43,626 bases of DNA from Candidatus Aenigmatarchaeota archaeon (GCA_011772645.1 WVZE01000004.1:9482-53107); one strand, 5' to 3'; numbered from the stretch's first letter, positions 9,107 to 17,993 are shown. Notes: generated from the sequence alone by a model not told the origin. Numbers and translations: made by a program.

Positions 9107-9760
9107 CTAGCTGAGTTCCAGACGGAGGATTCCGTTTCTGAAACGTTTGCCGGTGACGCTTGTTTGCGGTGGTTTGGTGAGGATTTTGAAATACGCTTTG
9201 TCCCCTGCCCTTGCCTTAATCTCTATGGAATTCTCAAGCGTTTTCAATTCTATATCACTCTCATCCTTAACATCCGGTAGTTCGACCTCGACCGCTATCC
9301 TGTCCCCTATCCTCTTAACGCACGTTTTGGGCTCCTCTGTTGTTTTCGCCCCGCTGATGCAAACGCCTCCCCTGGATTCAAAATTCTCAGCTTTTGGCTC
9401 TTCGGATTCCCTGACCCTTGGCCTGAGCGTTCCAAGCCTCTCCCTGAGTCCAAGCTTCTTCACCTCTTCCTCTATTTCCTTTATGTCCACGTTCCCGAAG
9501 GTCTTCACTGAAACCCTTGGCTTCTCTCCGGAACTCCTGGTTATGTTTATCGAGAAGCCCCTCCCCTTCACGGGTTTTCTGAAGAAGGGAGAGAGATCAA
9601 AGACCTCGAGATTCCTTTCAAAAACCCTGTCCATCTCCTTCAATTCGCGCTCCATCCTCGAGAAAACGCTAGCGAAAAGGTCCTCCCCTAGAATAGACCC
9701 GCATCTGGGACAGAACCTCCATCCTTCCCTCGTATCTGCCCCGCACTTCCGGCATTTCAT
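9107..9760 (-). CDS. Zinc-ribbon protein with a C-terminal Hsp20/alpha-crystallin-like domain
   Basis: CRKCG...WRFCPRCG; C-terminal VEVELPDV...IEIKA...FRNGILRLEL. Confidence 0.75.
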   Translation of the reverse strand: MKCRKCGADTREGWRFCPRCGSILGEDLFASVFSRMERELKEMDRVFERNLEVFDLSPFFRKPVKGRGFSINITRSSGEKPRVSVKTFGNVDIKEIEEEVKKLGLRERLGTLRPRVRESEEPKAENFESRGGVCISGAKTTEEPKTCVKRIGDRIAVEVELPDVKDESDIELKTLENSIEIKARAGDKAYFKILTKPPQTSVTGKRFRNGILRLELS

Positions 9761-9792
9761 GTTATCATCTTCTAAATCCTAACATAAAAAAT

Positions 9793-10281
9793 TTACCTCA
9801 GTATGTCCGCTGTGGCAGCTCCTACCGATGCGAAAAAGGAAACGAAAATAAATATCCTGAAAGACCATGCAGGATCTCCAACGTGATTCATCACCCCGAA
9901 CAGCCAGAGTATGAACCAGGTGACGCTGTAGGAGATCAGGAACAGAGAAACCAGCCTTTTGGGTATATAGGTTTTTCCAACTATGTGCGTGTTGAACTCC
10001 GCTATAGCTTCCTTCGCGACCCTCTGGAATTTCGTGTAGTAGATGATTATCGTAACGACAGCGATGGAAAGCAGAATGAACATAACAAGCCGCATTGGTT
10101 CAAGTTCCCTCGCCAGGGTCCAGACCTCTTCCGTGACCGAGAGCGGTGTTGCGAGAATAACAGCCCCGAATATCTGCTGCGCGACATCGTCCATCTCGAA
10201 CTTTTCCGGCTTTATTCTTTGGGCTAAGGAAGTTATCTTTGTCCCGTTCTTCCTTATTCTCTTTATTACCATTGCATTCAC
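9793..10281 (-). CDS. DUF2391-like membrane protein
   Basis: DVAQQIFGA...PLSVTEEVW and ASVGAATAD; four TM segments. Start may be the ATG at 10272. Confidence 0.7.
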   Translation of the reverse strand: MNAMVIKRIRKNGTKITSLAQRIKPEKFEMDDVAQQIFGAVILATPLSVTEEVWTLARELEPMRLVMFILLSIAVVTIIIYYTKFQRVAKEAIAEFNTHIVGKTYIPKRLVSLFLISYSVTWFILWLFGVMNHVGDPAWSFRIFIFVSFFASVGAATADILR

Positions 10282-10382
10282 CTGTGCTGGGTGGTTCCAA
10301 GCTTTCGAAGTCCATTCCCTGACAACCTCAAAAGATATTATAGACTGTTTCGTATTTAAATAGCTTCAGAAATGATTTCCAA

Positions 10383-11582
10383 TCAAACAAGCTTCCTGGC
10401 TATCGTTATCAGCCTGGGTTTCTTCATGAGAATGAATCCCAGTTTTTTGAATCCGGAAGACCTTGCCAGGTTAATTAGGTCCTCCCCCTTGAGATAATTA
10501 ACCAGCCAATTCAGCTCTTCATCACTCAGGCTTTCCACAACCCTCCTGAGCCTCAGGAGCTTTTCCATCTTCTTCCCCCTGGTCTCCCACCATTTTTTAT
10601 TGTACTCGGAAAGCATAACCTTTGAGTAGTTCCCTTTCTTTATTGCCTTGACTATAACCTCCCCTGCGATCTTTCCAGCTATGTACGATTCTGATATCCC
10701 CCCTCCGTGAATGGGGTTCACCTGATGAGCAGCATCACCGACTATCAGGAAGTTATCCGAAACCATGTCTTCCAGAAGTCCGCCAACGGGAACGCCACCC
10801 GAGTTAACCTCTATCACAGAACCATTCCTCAATCCCTCTCTCTTTCTCACAAAATCCCTAAGGTATTCGATCGCGTGCTTTTTGGAGAAAGGCTTTCTCA
10901 CCCCTATCCCAACGTTCGCCGTTTCCTTCCCCTTTGGGAATACCCACGCGTAACCTCCCGGAGCGATTTCCTTCCCGAAATACATCTCGATCCTGTCCGG
11001 GTCGATCTTAACGTTGGTCATCTCGAACTGAACACATGAAGCTATGTCATTCAAAGAAAGCGTGGTCTTCATCCCCATCATCCTCGCGATCCTTGATTCC
11101 ACACCATCGCAGGCGACAAGTATCTTACAGGTTGTTTCGAAATTCCGATCACCCGATCTCATTTTAACATTCACTTCCGAACCCTTCCTCTCCACCCCGA
11201 CAACCTCTGTTTTCGTGATAATCTTCGCTCCTCCCTTGGCTGCAAGTTTTGCCAGGTATTTATCAAACATCTTCCTCTCGATCACCCACCCTTCCGGGCC
11301 TTTAAAGTCGACCGTGATTTTCTTCCCGTTCGGTGCGTAGGCCGCAGCTCCCTTAACCATCTTGGCAACCCAGGATTTTTCAAGCCCTATGCCCATCCTC
11401 TCCAGCGAAGATTTTGAAAGGCCCTCCCCGCACCTCACGGGAACGCCTATCTCCTGGCGTTTTTCAACCGCGAGCACCTTCAGCCCTTTCTCCCCGCAGT
11501 ACCTGGCGACCGAGCTTCCCGCAGGACCTATGCCTACAACTATTACGTCATACTCCTTTTCGGGGTTTTCAAGCATGATCAC
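10383..11582 (-). CDS. Geranylgeranyl reductase family (digeranylgeranylglycerophospholipid reductase)
   Basis: GIGPAG FAD motif, CGEG, PGGYAWVFPKG, GDAAHQVNPIHGGG. Confidence 0.9.
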   Translation of the reverse strand: MIMLENPEKEYDVIVVGIGPAGSSVARYCGEKGLKVLAVEKRQEIGVPVRCGEGLSKSSLERMGIGLEKSWVAKMVKGAAAYAPNGKKITVDFKGPEGWVIERKMFDKYLAKLAAKGGAKIITKTEVVGVERKGSEVNVKMRSGDRNFETTCKILVACDGVESRIARMMGMKTTLSLNDIASCVQFEMTNVKIDPDRIEMYFGKEIAPGGYAWVFPKGKETANVGIGVRKPFSKKHAIEYLRDFVRKREGLRNGSVIEVNSGGVPVGGLLEDMVSDNFLIVGDAAHQVNPIHGGGISESYIAGKIAGEVIVKAIKKGNYSKVMLSEYNKKWWETRGKKMEKLLRLRRVVESLSDEELNWLVNYLKGEDLINLARSSGFKKLGFILMKKPRLITIARKLV

Positions 11583-11636
11583 ACCTAATAAATCTTTTTA
11601 ATAAAAAAACTATTTATAAAGCAATCTGGTGGTGTT

Positions 11637-12098
11637 ATGTTTTTCAAGAAGAGGAAGGAGAGAGAGAAGAAAAATCTCGCCCTGTTCGTGGACGGGCCGA
11701 ACATCATAAGGAAGGAATTCAACATAGACCTGGACGAACTGAGGAAAATCGCTGGAAAATACGGAAGGATCGTAACAGGCAAGGTTTTCCTCAACCAGCA
11801 CGCCTCTGAAAAACTGATAGAGGCGATTGCGAACCAGGGATTCGAACCAAAAGTCGTTCTCGCAGGGGAGATAGAATCGGATGTTGATGTGAGCGTGGCA
11901 GTGGATGTAATCAGGGCGGCGTACACAGACAACATCGACATAATAGCGCTGGCCTCGAGGGATGCGGATTATCTGCCTGCGATACAGGTTGCAAAGGAGA
12001 AGGGAAAAAAGGTTCTTGTCATTGCAACAAAACCGGGCTTTTCCAAGGCCCTGCAGCACGCGGCCGATTACGTTGAACTCCTCTCCAAAAGGTTTTGA
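11637..12098 (+). CDS. NYN/LabA-DUF88 family PIN-fold protein (TIGR00288-like)
   Basis: FVDGPNI, DVDV and ASRDADY acidic motifs. Confidence 0.88.
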   Translation: MFFKKRKEREKKNLALFVDGPNIIRKEFNIDLDELRKIAGKYGRIVTGKVFLNQHASEKLIEAIANQGFEPKVVLAGEIESDVDVSVAVDVIRAAYTDNIDIIALASRDADYLPAIQVAKEKGKKVLVIATKPGFSKALQHAADYVELLSKRF

Positions 12099-12180
12099 AC
12101 GAGACTAAACGGAATTCTGTAGATAATAGTTACCATTTATAAATAGTTACATTTATAAAATCTTAAATTAAAATATATAC

Positions 12181-12330
12181 ATGAAAAAAAGATATGGTGG
12201 AGTCTCAAGAAGAGATAAGTCACCTTCTTATAAACATAGTAAGGTAAACCCGAATTACCCAGGGGAACCAACAATACCGCGCTATTTAAAAACCGTAATA
12301 AGGCCAAGACAGTTTTTAGCTAGTTATTAA
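12181..12330 (+). CDS. Putative 49-aa basic small protein (not in the ORF track)
   Basis: ATG...TAA open frame MKKRYGGVSRRDKSPSYKHSKVNPNYPGEPTIPRYLKTVIRPRQFLASY fills the gap exactly; TATA-like sequence upstream. Confidence 0.35.
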   Translation: MKKRYGGVSRRDKSPSYKHSKVNPNYPGEPTIPRYLKTVIRPRQFLASY

Positions 12331-13239
12331 TTAAACCCCTGTTGAAAACCTGCTCTTTATGCCCACAACGAAGTACGCCCCTATCAATATCAATGCGCTG
12401 CCCATGAGCTGAAGGTTTGGGGCGGGTTCACCCAGCCACAGAACACCGACCACCAGCGAAACAACCGGAGCGATCAGGAGAAGGGAAGAGGCCTTCGAGA
12501 CGTTGATATGGAGGATGCTCCAATACCAAAAGAGGACGTAAACGAAAAGGATCGCGACGGATATCGAGATGTTAAACCATTGCTGCGCGCTCAGGGAGAG
12601 CAAGAGGTCGAACTTCCCGAGCAGGAGAACCACCCCGAAGAGGATGATCCCGCCGAAGAACATCCTCGCGAATGAAACCACAAAGTTCGTTTCCCCCTTT
12701 ATCATCGCCTTCCTAGCGATCACGTTCTCCAGCGCCCAGAGGATTGTCGCGCCTATAACGAGCGCATCCCCTAACTGAGGGTTCATCCATAAATCAGCGG
12801 GGTTTATCTGGGCCGAGAACAAGACAACGGTTCCTATCAACATTATGATCAGAGCGAAAATCTGCTTCTTTGGGATTTTCTCCCTGAGCAGGATAAACGC
12901 GAATATTGCTACGTAAAGGGGAAGGGTCTTGTGTAGGAAAGCCGCTCTCCCCCCTGTTGTGAACTTCAACCCGGTGAAGAACAGAAGGAAGGCGAACGCC
13001 CCTCCTATCACGGCGATTAGCAAGAGATATCTCCAGTCCATCTCTTTGATGTTTCTCAGCGAGAATCTGTTGGTTAAAATTGACAGGCCAAGGAAGATCA
13101 CGCCTATTATTATCGCTCGTACGGCGGTGAAAACCGTCGGGTCCAGATCGACCACGAAAATCTTGTTTACTGGTATCGCGAAACCGCTTATTACCGCAGC
13201 GATCAGGGCAAGAACCGTCCCGAGGGTTTCCTTATTCAT
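12331..13239 (-). CDS. EamA/DMT family transporter
   Basis: About 10 TM segments in two EamA repeats (FAFILLREKI, VLWLGE). Confidence 0.92.
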   Translation of the reverse strand: MNKETLGTVLALIAAVISGFAIPVNKIFVVDLDPTVFTAVRAIIIGVIFLGLSILTNRFSLRNIKEMDWRYLLLIAVIGGAFAFLLFFTGLKFTTGGRAAFLHKTLPLYVAIFAFILLREKIPKKQIFALIIMLIGTVVLFSAQINPADLWMNPQLGDALVIGATILWALENVIARKAMIKGETNFVVSFARMFFGGIILFGVVLLLGKFDLLLSLSAQQWFNISISVAILFVYVLFWYWSILHINVSKASSLLLIAPVVSLVVGVLWLGEPAPNLQLMGSALILIGAYFVVGIKSRFSTGV

Positions 13240-13753
13240 TTTTCCTCCTCCTTAACATCCTGTTCACGTGATTCTGCTTTATCCTTTCCGAAACGTAATC
13301 ATAGTGGACGCTCACCCTATCCCCATTCTTCAGGTTCCCCACAAAATCGTTCCTGAAGAACTTCTCGCCCAGCTTGGTCCTGACCAGAACTTTATCTGGA
13401 TCGATCCTCAACACCCTTCCGGGGTAAACCAGGCATTCCCTTACATCCAGATCAGGCCTGATCTGCTTCCTCCATATTATCGCCTTTTCATGCTCCAAAA
13501 GGAAATACCTCCGGATCACCTCATCATCTATCTCTTTCTTGCCCATCCTTTTCGCCAGTATCGAACACATCCTTGTGGCGACCTTGAAGATCCCTTCAAC
13601 CGGGAAATCAATTTCCTGCCTGTTTTTAACGGAATCATTCAGTTTTTTCAGCAGCTCCTCCCTGAGCTCTCCCCTGTTCACCAGAACCTCGCCGCACGGG
13701 ATGGCGTAGCGAAGAAACAATTCCTTGTTCCTGATCGGCAATATCTCGAACAT
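13232..13753 (-). CDS. DUF6390-like protein (hydrogenase-cluster associated) with a HypC-like C-terminal barrel
   Basis: FLRYAIPCG N-terminus; CLVYPGRV...GDRVSVHYDYVSERI C-terminus. Family assignment is from recalled resemblance. Confidence 0.55.
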   Translation of the reverse strand: MFEILPIRNKELFLRYAIPCGEVLVNRGELREELLKKLNDSVKNRQEIDFPVEGIFKVATRMCSILAKRMGKKEIDDEVIRRYFLLEHEKAIIWRKQIRPDLDVRECLVYPGRVLRIDPDKVLVRTKLGEKFFRNDFVGNLKNGDRVSVHYDYVSERIKQNHVNRMLRRRKNE

Positions 13754-13754
13754 C

Positions 13755-13958
13755 CTACAACCTCTCCATATCGAAACCTCCAGCGGGTTTCGATCCTTCC
13801 TGCAACCTTTCTATTACGAAATCGTTGAACACCAGGACCTTCTCCCCTTTCCTTACCTTAAAAAACTCCGAATTGACCTTTCTCCTGACCCCTCCGAAAT
13901 CCACCAGTGCTTCCTTGCCTTTCGCATCCAAGACCTTTCCCTTCAGAGCGATACACAT
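13755..13958 (-). CDS. hypC: HypC/HybG/HupF family hydrogenase maturation chaperone (divergent)
   Basis: MCIALKGKV...ALVDFGGVRRKV...GEKVLV. Start at MC so that Cys2 is N-terminal. Confidence 0.8.
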   Translation of the reverse strand: MCIALKGKVLDAKGKEALVDFGGVRRKVNSEFFKVRKGEKVLVFNDFVIERLQEGSKPAGGFDMERL

Positions 13959-13959
13959 C

Positions 13960-14874
13960 TCAATCATCCTTTAAAAGGTAGAGCAGCAGGGCCTTCTCCG
14001 TGTGCAGTCTGTTCTCGGCCTCATCGAAAACAACCGAATTTCGCGAGTCTATCACATCGTTCGTTACCTCGTAACCCCTCAGAGCCGGAAGACAGTGAAG
14101 GAATATGAAACCTTGTTTTGCGTGTTTTACAAGCTCGGAGCTGACCTGGTATTTTTTAAAATCCCTGGTTCTTTGTTTTTCCTCCTTTTCCTGCCCGGGA
14201 GAAATCCACTTGTCCGTTATCACGACATCCGCATCCTTCATCCCCTTCACAGGATCGTTCTCTATCCTTACGTTACCTTTGACGTACTTCCTAACCTTCT
14301 CCAGAAATTCCGGGTCAGGCAGGTATTTCGCCTTGTCCGGGCAAACCAGGAAAACGTTTGCCCAGAGCTTTGAAAAGCCGATCATTGTTGACCTTCCCAT
14401 GTTGAACGCGCAGTCACCGAAGAAAGAAACCTTCAGGTCCTCGATCTTCCCTTTCTTCTCGATAACGGTCAGAAGATCCGCCAGGGTCTGACACGGGTGG
14501 TAGAGATCGCTCAGCCCGTTGATTACGGGGATTTTTGAAATGCTTGACATCTCCTCGAGGTCGGAATGCCTGTAAACCCTCGCCATTATCGCGTCGCAGT
14601 ATCTCTCAAGAACGCGTATCGTATCTTTCAGGGTCTCTTTTTCAGCGAGTTTGGTTGTCCGCGAATCGAGATAGGCCGCATGACCTCCCAGCTGATTCAT
14701 GGCGACTTCGAAAGACACTCTCGTCCTTGTGGATGTCTTTTCAAACAACATCGCGAGAGTTTGCCCTTCAAGCCTCCCCTCGGAATTCCCGGCCTTTATT
14801 TTTTTTGCCAGTTCCAGAATTTTTCTTATCTCCTTCTCCGGGTAATCCATCAACGTCAGGAAATTTTTCGCCAT
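13960..14874 (-). CDS. argF: Ornithine carbamoyltransferase
   Basis: FEKTSTRTRVSFE, NGLSDLYHPCQ, HCLPA and EAENRLH motifs; start moved to MAKNFLTL. Confidence 0.9.
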   Translation of the reverse strand: MAKNFLTLMDYPEKEIRKILELAKKIKAGNSEGRLEGQTLAMLFEKTSTRTRVSFEVAMNQLGGHAAYLDSRTTKLAEKETLKDTIRVLERYCDAIMARVYRHSDLEEMSSISKIPVINGLSDLYHPCQTLADLLTVIEKKGKIEDLKVSFFGDCAFNMGRSTMIGFSKLWANVFLVCPDKAKYLPDPEFLEKVRKYVKGNVRIENDPVKGMKDADVVITDKWISPGQEKEEKQRTRDFKKYQVSSELVKHAKQGFIFLHCLPALRGYEVTNDVIDSRNSVVFDEAENRLHTEKALLLYLLKDD

Positions 14875-14891
14875 ACACACCCCAATTTTTA

Positions 14892-16169
14892 TTATTGCGA
14901 AACCATCTTTAAAACCTTGACAGCATCCCTTACCGAATCGTATACAGGGAGGGAATCCCTCAGGAAAAATTTCACCTTCCTGAAGTCCTCCGATCCAGGA
15001 GCGCAATCAACAATTATTTTCCCTGTCTTCACGCCTTTCAGGATCTCGAGCTCTTCGGGACGAAGCAAACACGATCTAAGCTGGTTTATTATCAGAACCC
15101 CATCGACATTCCTGTCCCTGACCACAACCTCGACGATGTTTTTGAACCTCTCCCCGTCCGCATCCGCGCGTATGTCAAGGGGGTTTATTACCTCAAGCCT
15201 TGGGTATTTCTTTTTGATCCCCCTCCTTGTCCTTTCGGAAAACCTCGAAAGCTTCAATCCGAATCTGTGGCAGAAATCGCTCGCTATTATCGAGGACCCT
15301 CCCGTGTTCGAAACTATCGCCACGTTCTTTATCCTCCCCCTCCCTTGTCTTTCCAATATCACTGCATAGTCGAGCAAGTCCTTAACGTTATCGACTTCTG
15401 TTATTCCTGCCTGTTTGAAAGCGCCCGAGTAGATCTCACACGAGGTAGACAGCGAGTCCGTGTGCGTCAACGCTCGCTCTTTAGATTCCTCTGAAATCCC
15501 CGATTTCAAAATAATGATCGGTTTCTTGGATGATTTCGCGATACCCATAAACCTCCTAGGCTCCCTGATGGATTCCAGGTAAAGAGCGACAACCTTTGTT
15601 CTTTTGTCCTCCAGAAGGTATTTCAGGATATCGGATTCATTCAAATCGAGCATGTCTCCGACCCAAACAAATTTCGAAATTCCGATGTTGTTCGAAACCA
15701 TGCGATCAAGCAGAATGGCTCCAACGCCTCCTGACTGCGAAACAACGGATATCCCACCCTGCCTGATTTCCAGTTCCCTTTCAAACGTTGTGTTCAATCC
15801 TATTCCCGGGTTTATGAGACCGCAAACAGTTCCGGGCCCGAGGATCCTGAATCTCCCCTTGGACGTTTCTTTCAGCTTCCTCCTCTGATCCGGGCTGAAA
15901 CCTCCGGAGAGGATCAAAAGAAAACTTGTTTTCAGATCCTTCGAAACTCTCAGGATATTTTCCGGGGGAAGGCTCACCACCGTCAGGTCCGCTGGCGGGT
16001 ATTTATGGGATTTCTCAATATCCGAGAGAAATCCGTGCCCATCAAATTCGTGGAGATTCAGGCAAACCCTTTCGAAGATATCGGGGGAGACCATTATTTT
16101 CGAAACGTTCGATTTCGAGGAGCCGATCAGAAGGACGGATTTCGGTTCGAAGAGACCTTTCAAACTCAT
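14892..16169 (-). CDS. acdA: Acyl-CoA synthetase (ADP/NDP-forming) alpha subunit
   Basis: LFEPKSVLLIG CoA-binding start, RILGPG, SQSGG, LYLES, phospho-His motif THTDSL, NTGG, NPLDI. Start moved to MSLKG (ATG at 16169). Confidence 0.85.
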   Translation of the reverse strand: MSLKGLFEPKSVLLIGSSKSNVSKIMVSPDIFERVCLNLHEFDGHGFLSDIEKSHKYPPADLTVVSLPPENILRVSKDLKTSFLLILSGGFSPDQRRKLKETSKGRFRILGPGTVCGLINPGIGLNTTFERELEIRQGGISVVSQSGGVGAILLDRMVSNNIGISKFVWVGDMLDLNESDILKYLLEDKRTKVVALYLESIREPRRFMGIAKSSKKPIIILKSGISEESKERALTHTDSLSTSCEIYSGAFKQAGITEVDNVKDLLDYAVILERQGRGRIKNVAIVSNTGGSSIIASDFCHRFGLKLSRFSERTRRGIKKKYPRLEVINPLDIRADADGERFKNIVEVVVRDRNVDGVLIINQLRSCLLRPEELEILKGVKTGKIIVDCAPGSEDFRKVKFFLRDSLPVYDSVRDAVKVLKMVSQ

Positions 16170-16199
16170 AATATTAATATGAAATCTTATAATAATAAT

Positions 16200-16838
16200 A
16201 TGAAGCTCGATCAATCCGAATGCAAAAAACTCACGAGGAAATACGGAATCCCCACAGCGAAAGAATTCCTCGCGAAGAAACCCGAACAAGCGATCGAATT
16301 CGCGAAAAAAATAGGCTATCCCGTTGTTATGAAAATCGATTCTGAGGATGTGGTTCACAAAACGGAAACGAAGACTGTCGTGACGAACATAAAAAACAAG
16401 GAAGAGGTTCTGGAAGCATTCGAGAAAATAATCAGGAACGCGAAAAAACACAAACCGAAAGCGAAGATAAGGGGCGTGATCGTTCAGGAGCACGTTGAAG
16501 GTTACGAAACGATAGTGGGGGGAAAGATAGACCCGCAGTTCGGGCCAATAATCCTTTTCGGAGCCGGCGGAATCTTTACAGAGGTCCTGAAAGACGTGGC
16601 GATAAGGATATGCCCCATCGAAAAAGAAGACGCGGAAGAGATGGTTGGTGAGGTAAGATATTCGAAGATCTTGAAGGGCTTCCGAGGGGAGCCTCCGGTT
16701 AAAATTAACGAGATAACCGATATCCTCTTGAGGGCCAGCAAGATAATGATGAAGGAGAAAGTGAAAGAAATGGACATAAACCCCCTGATTGTTTCTCACA
16801 AGGGAGCTAAGGCTGTTGACGTGAGGATAATAAAATAG
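16200..16838 (+). CDS. acdB: Acyl-CoA synthetase (ADP/NDP-forming) beta subunit, ATP-grasp
   Basis: IGYPVVMKIDS..VVHKTE, VIVQE, DPQFGP..LFGAGG..TEVLKD, EMDINP; start at MKLDQ. Confidence 0.9.
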   Translation: MKLDQSECKKLTRKYGIPTAKEFLAKKPEQAIEFAKKIGYPVVMKIDSEDVVHKTETKTVVTNIKNKEEVLEAFEKIIRNAKKHKPKAKIRGVIVQEHVEGYETIVGGKIDPQFGPIILFGAGGIFTEVLKDVAIRICPIEKEDAEEMVGEVRYSKILKGFRGEPPVKINEITDILLRASKIMMKEKVKEMDINPLIVSHKGAKAVDVRIIK

Positions 16839-16849
16839 ACGGTTTTGCC

Positions 16850-17305
16850 ATGGACTGGAAGCTGCATTTGATCCTTTCATTTATATTGTATTTCGCGATA
16901 ATTTTGATTTCTCCACTTTCCCTTGCCTACTCCGTACAGGCGTTAATCATACTTATTTTCTCCTCTCTGCTTCCCGATCTGGATCACCCGAAATCGTTAA
17001 TAAGGATTGCGATCTTCGCAGTGGTTTTTTATCTCCTGATGGTGTTCGTGATAATCCAGGACCTCGCCCTGGAAGTTAAAATCCTGACGATAGTTATCTT
17101 GCTCATTCTTACCTATTATTCCTACAAGCACCTCCCGCTGAAACACAGGGGAAAACATTCCCTCCACCTTTGGAGATACCCCTTCCTGTTCACAGCGGTT
17201 TTTTCTGTTTTGTTCGCAATCGCAAACATTAATATTTCCCTGATCCTATTTATTCTTATAGGGTACGGTTCGCATCTGTTTGCGGACAGGATAAAGAAAT
17301 TTTAA
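16850..17305 (+). CDS. Membrane-bound metal-dependent hydrolase (YdjM/DUF457-like)
   Basis: N-terminal His, LLPDLDH, HRGKHSLH and GYGSHLFAD motifs. Confidence 0.8.
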   Translation: MDWKLHLILSFILYFAIILISPLSLAYSVQALIILIFSSLLPDLDHPKSLIRIAIFAVVFYLLMVFVIIQDLALEVKILTIVILLILTYYSYKHLPLKHRGKHSLHLWRYPFLFTAVFSVLFAIANINISLILFILIGYGSHLFADRIKKF

Positions 17306-17313
17306 TTACTGGG

Positions 17314-17628
17314 GTGATCGATTTGGAGAGGCAGCAGACCTTGCTGAAAAAATACGAAGCTCTGGTTTCGGAATGGAACACCATTTCCCTTGTATGTTCA
17401 GTCGCTTTTTCGGCCTGTTTTATCGGCGTGGTTCTCGGCCTGATCTTTTACAACACCAGCGCAATCGCAATATCGATAGTGGTGATGTTCGTTTTCGGCG
17501 GTTTCGAATACAAGTCAAGGAAGGAGTACGTGGAGATAAAGGAAGATCTGGAAGAGGAGATGTTCAAGCTCGCTGGCATGAAGAAGGCGAGGACAAAGGA
17601 ACTGATAAGAAAGGGATTGTGGTGGTAG
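17314..17628 (+). CDS. Hypothetical two-TM membrane protein
   Basis: In line with its neighbours; two hydrophobic helices and a charged tail. Confidence 0.6.
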   Translation: MIDLERQQTLLKKYEALVSEWNTISLVCSVAFSACFIGVVLGLIFYNTSAIAISIVVMFVFGGFEYKSRKEYVEIKEDLEEEMFKLAGMKKARTKELIRKGLWW

Positions 17629-17629
17629 T

Positions 17630-17947
17630 TTGTTCACGTTTTTGTTTGGCTGGAACAGAAAGATCAGGAAGCTCCGGAAGCGCTGGGACAGGCTGAGGGA
17701 GAAGGCTTTGAAAAAGAAACAGCCAATGAAGGGCGACATCCTGACTAAAATGGACGTGATAGAGCAGAACTTGCGGGTTCTGGAGGAGCGAAGGGTCAGC
17801 AGGGTCGAGAGATCGAGGCTCGCCAAGGAGATAGAGATAGACCTGGAGGGGATAAAGGCGATGATCAAGATGAAGGAGGATGAGTACGCCCAGCAGAAAT
17901 CCGCTCCGATGCCCTCCCAGCAGAAATACCAGACAAGACCCGGATAA
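17630..17947 (+). CDS. Hypothetical helical protein
   Basis: Starts 1 nt after the previous stop; charged helical composition; normal codon style. Confidence 0.6.
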   Translation: MFTFLFGWNRKIRKLRKRWDRLREKALKKKQPMKGDILTKMDVIEQNLRVLEERRVSRVERSRLAKEIEIDLEGIKAMIKMKEDEYAQQKSAPMPSQQKYQTRPG

Positions 17948-17993
17948 CCCATTTGAAACAAATCTTTTTAAATTACTTTCTTGATAAATTATT

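Noticed and set aside
14566-15369. 267-aa plus-strand ORF
   Set aside because: Antisense to argF and acdA, with no motifs.
16170-16880. N-terminal 237-aa extension of the 662-aa ORF
   Set aside because: It is the antisense of acdB; AcdA homology starts at MSLKGLFEPKS (16169).
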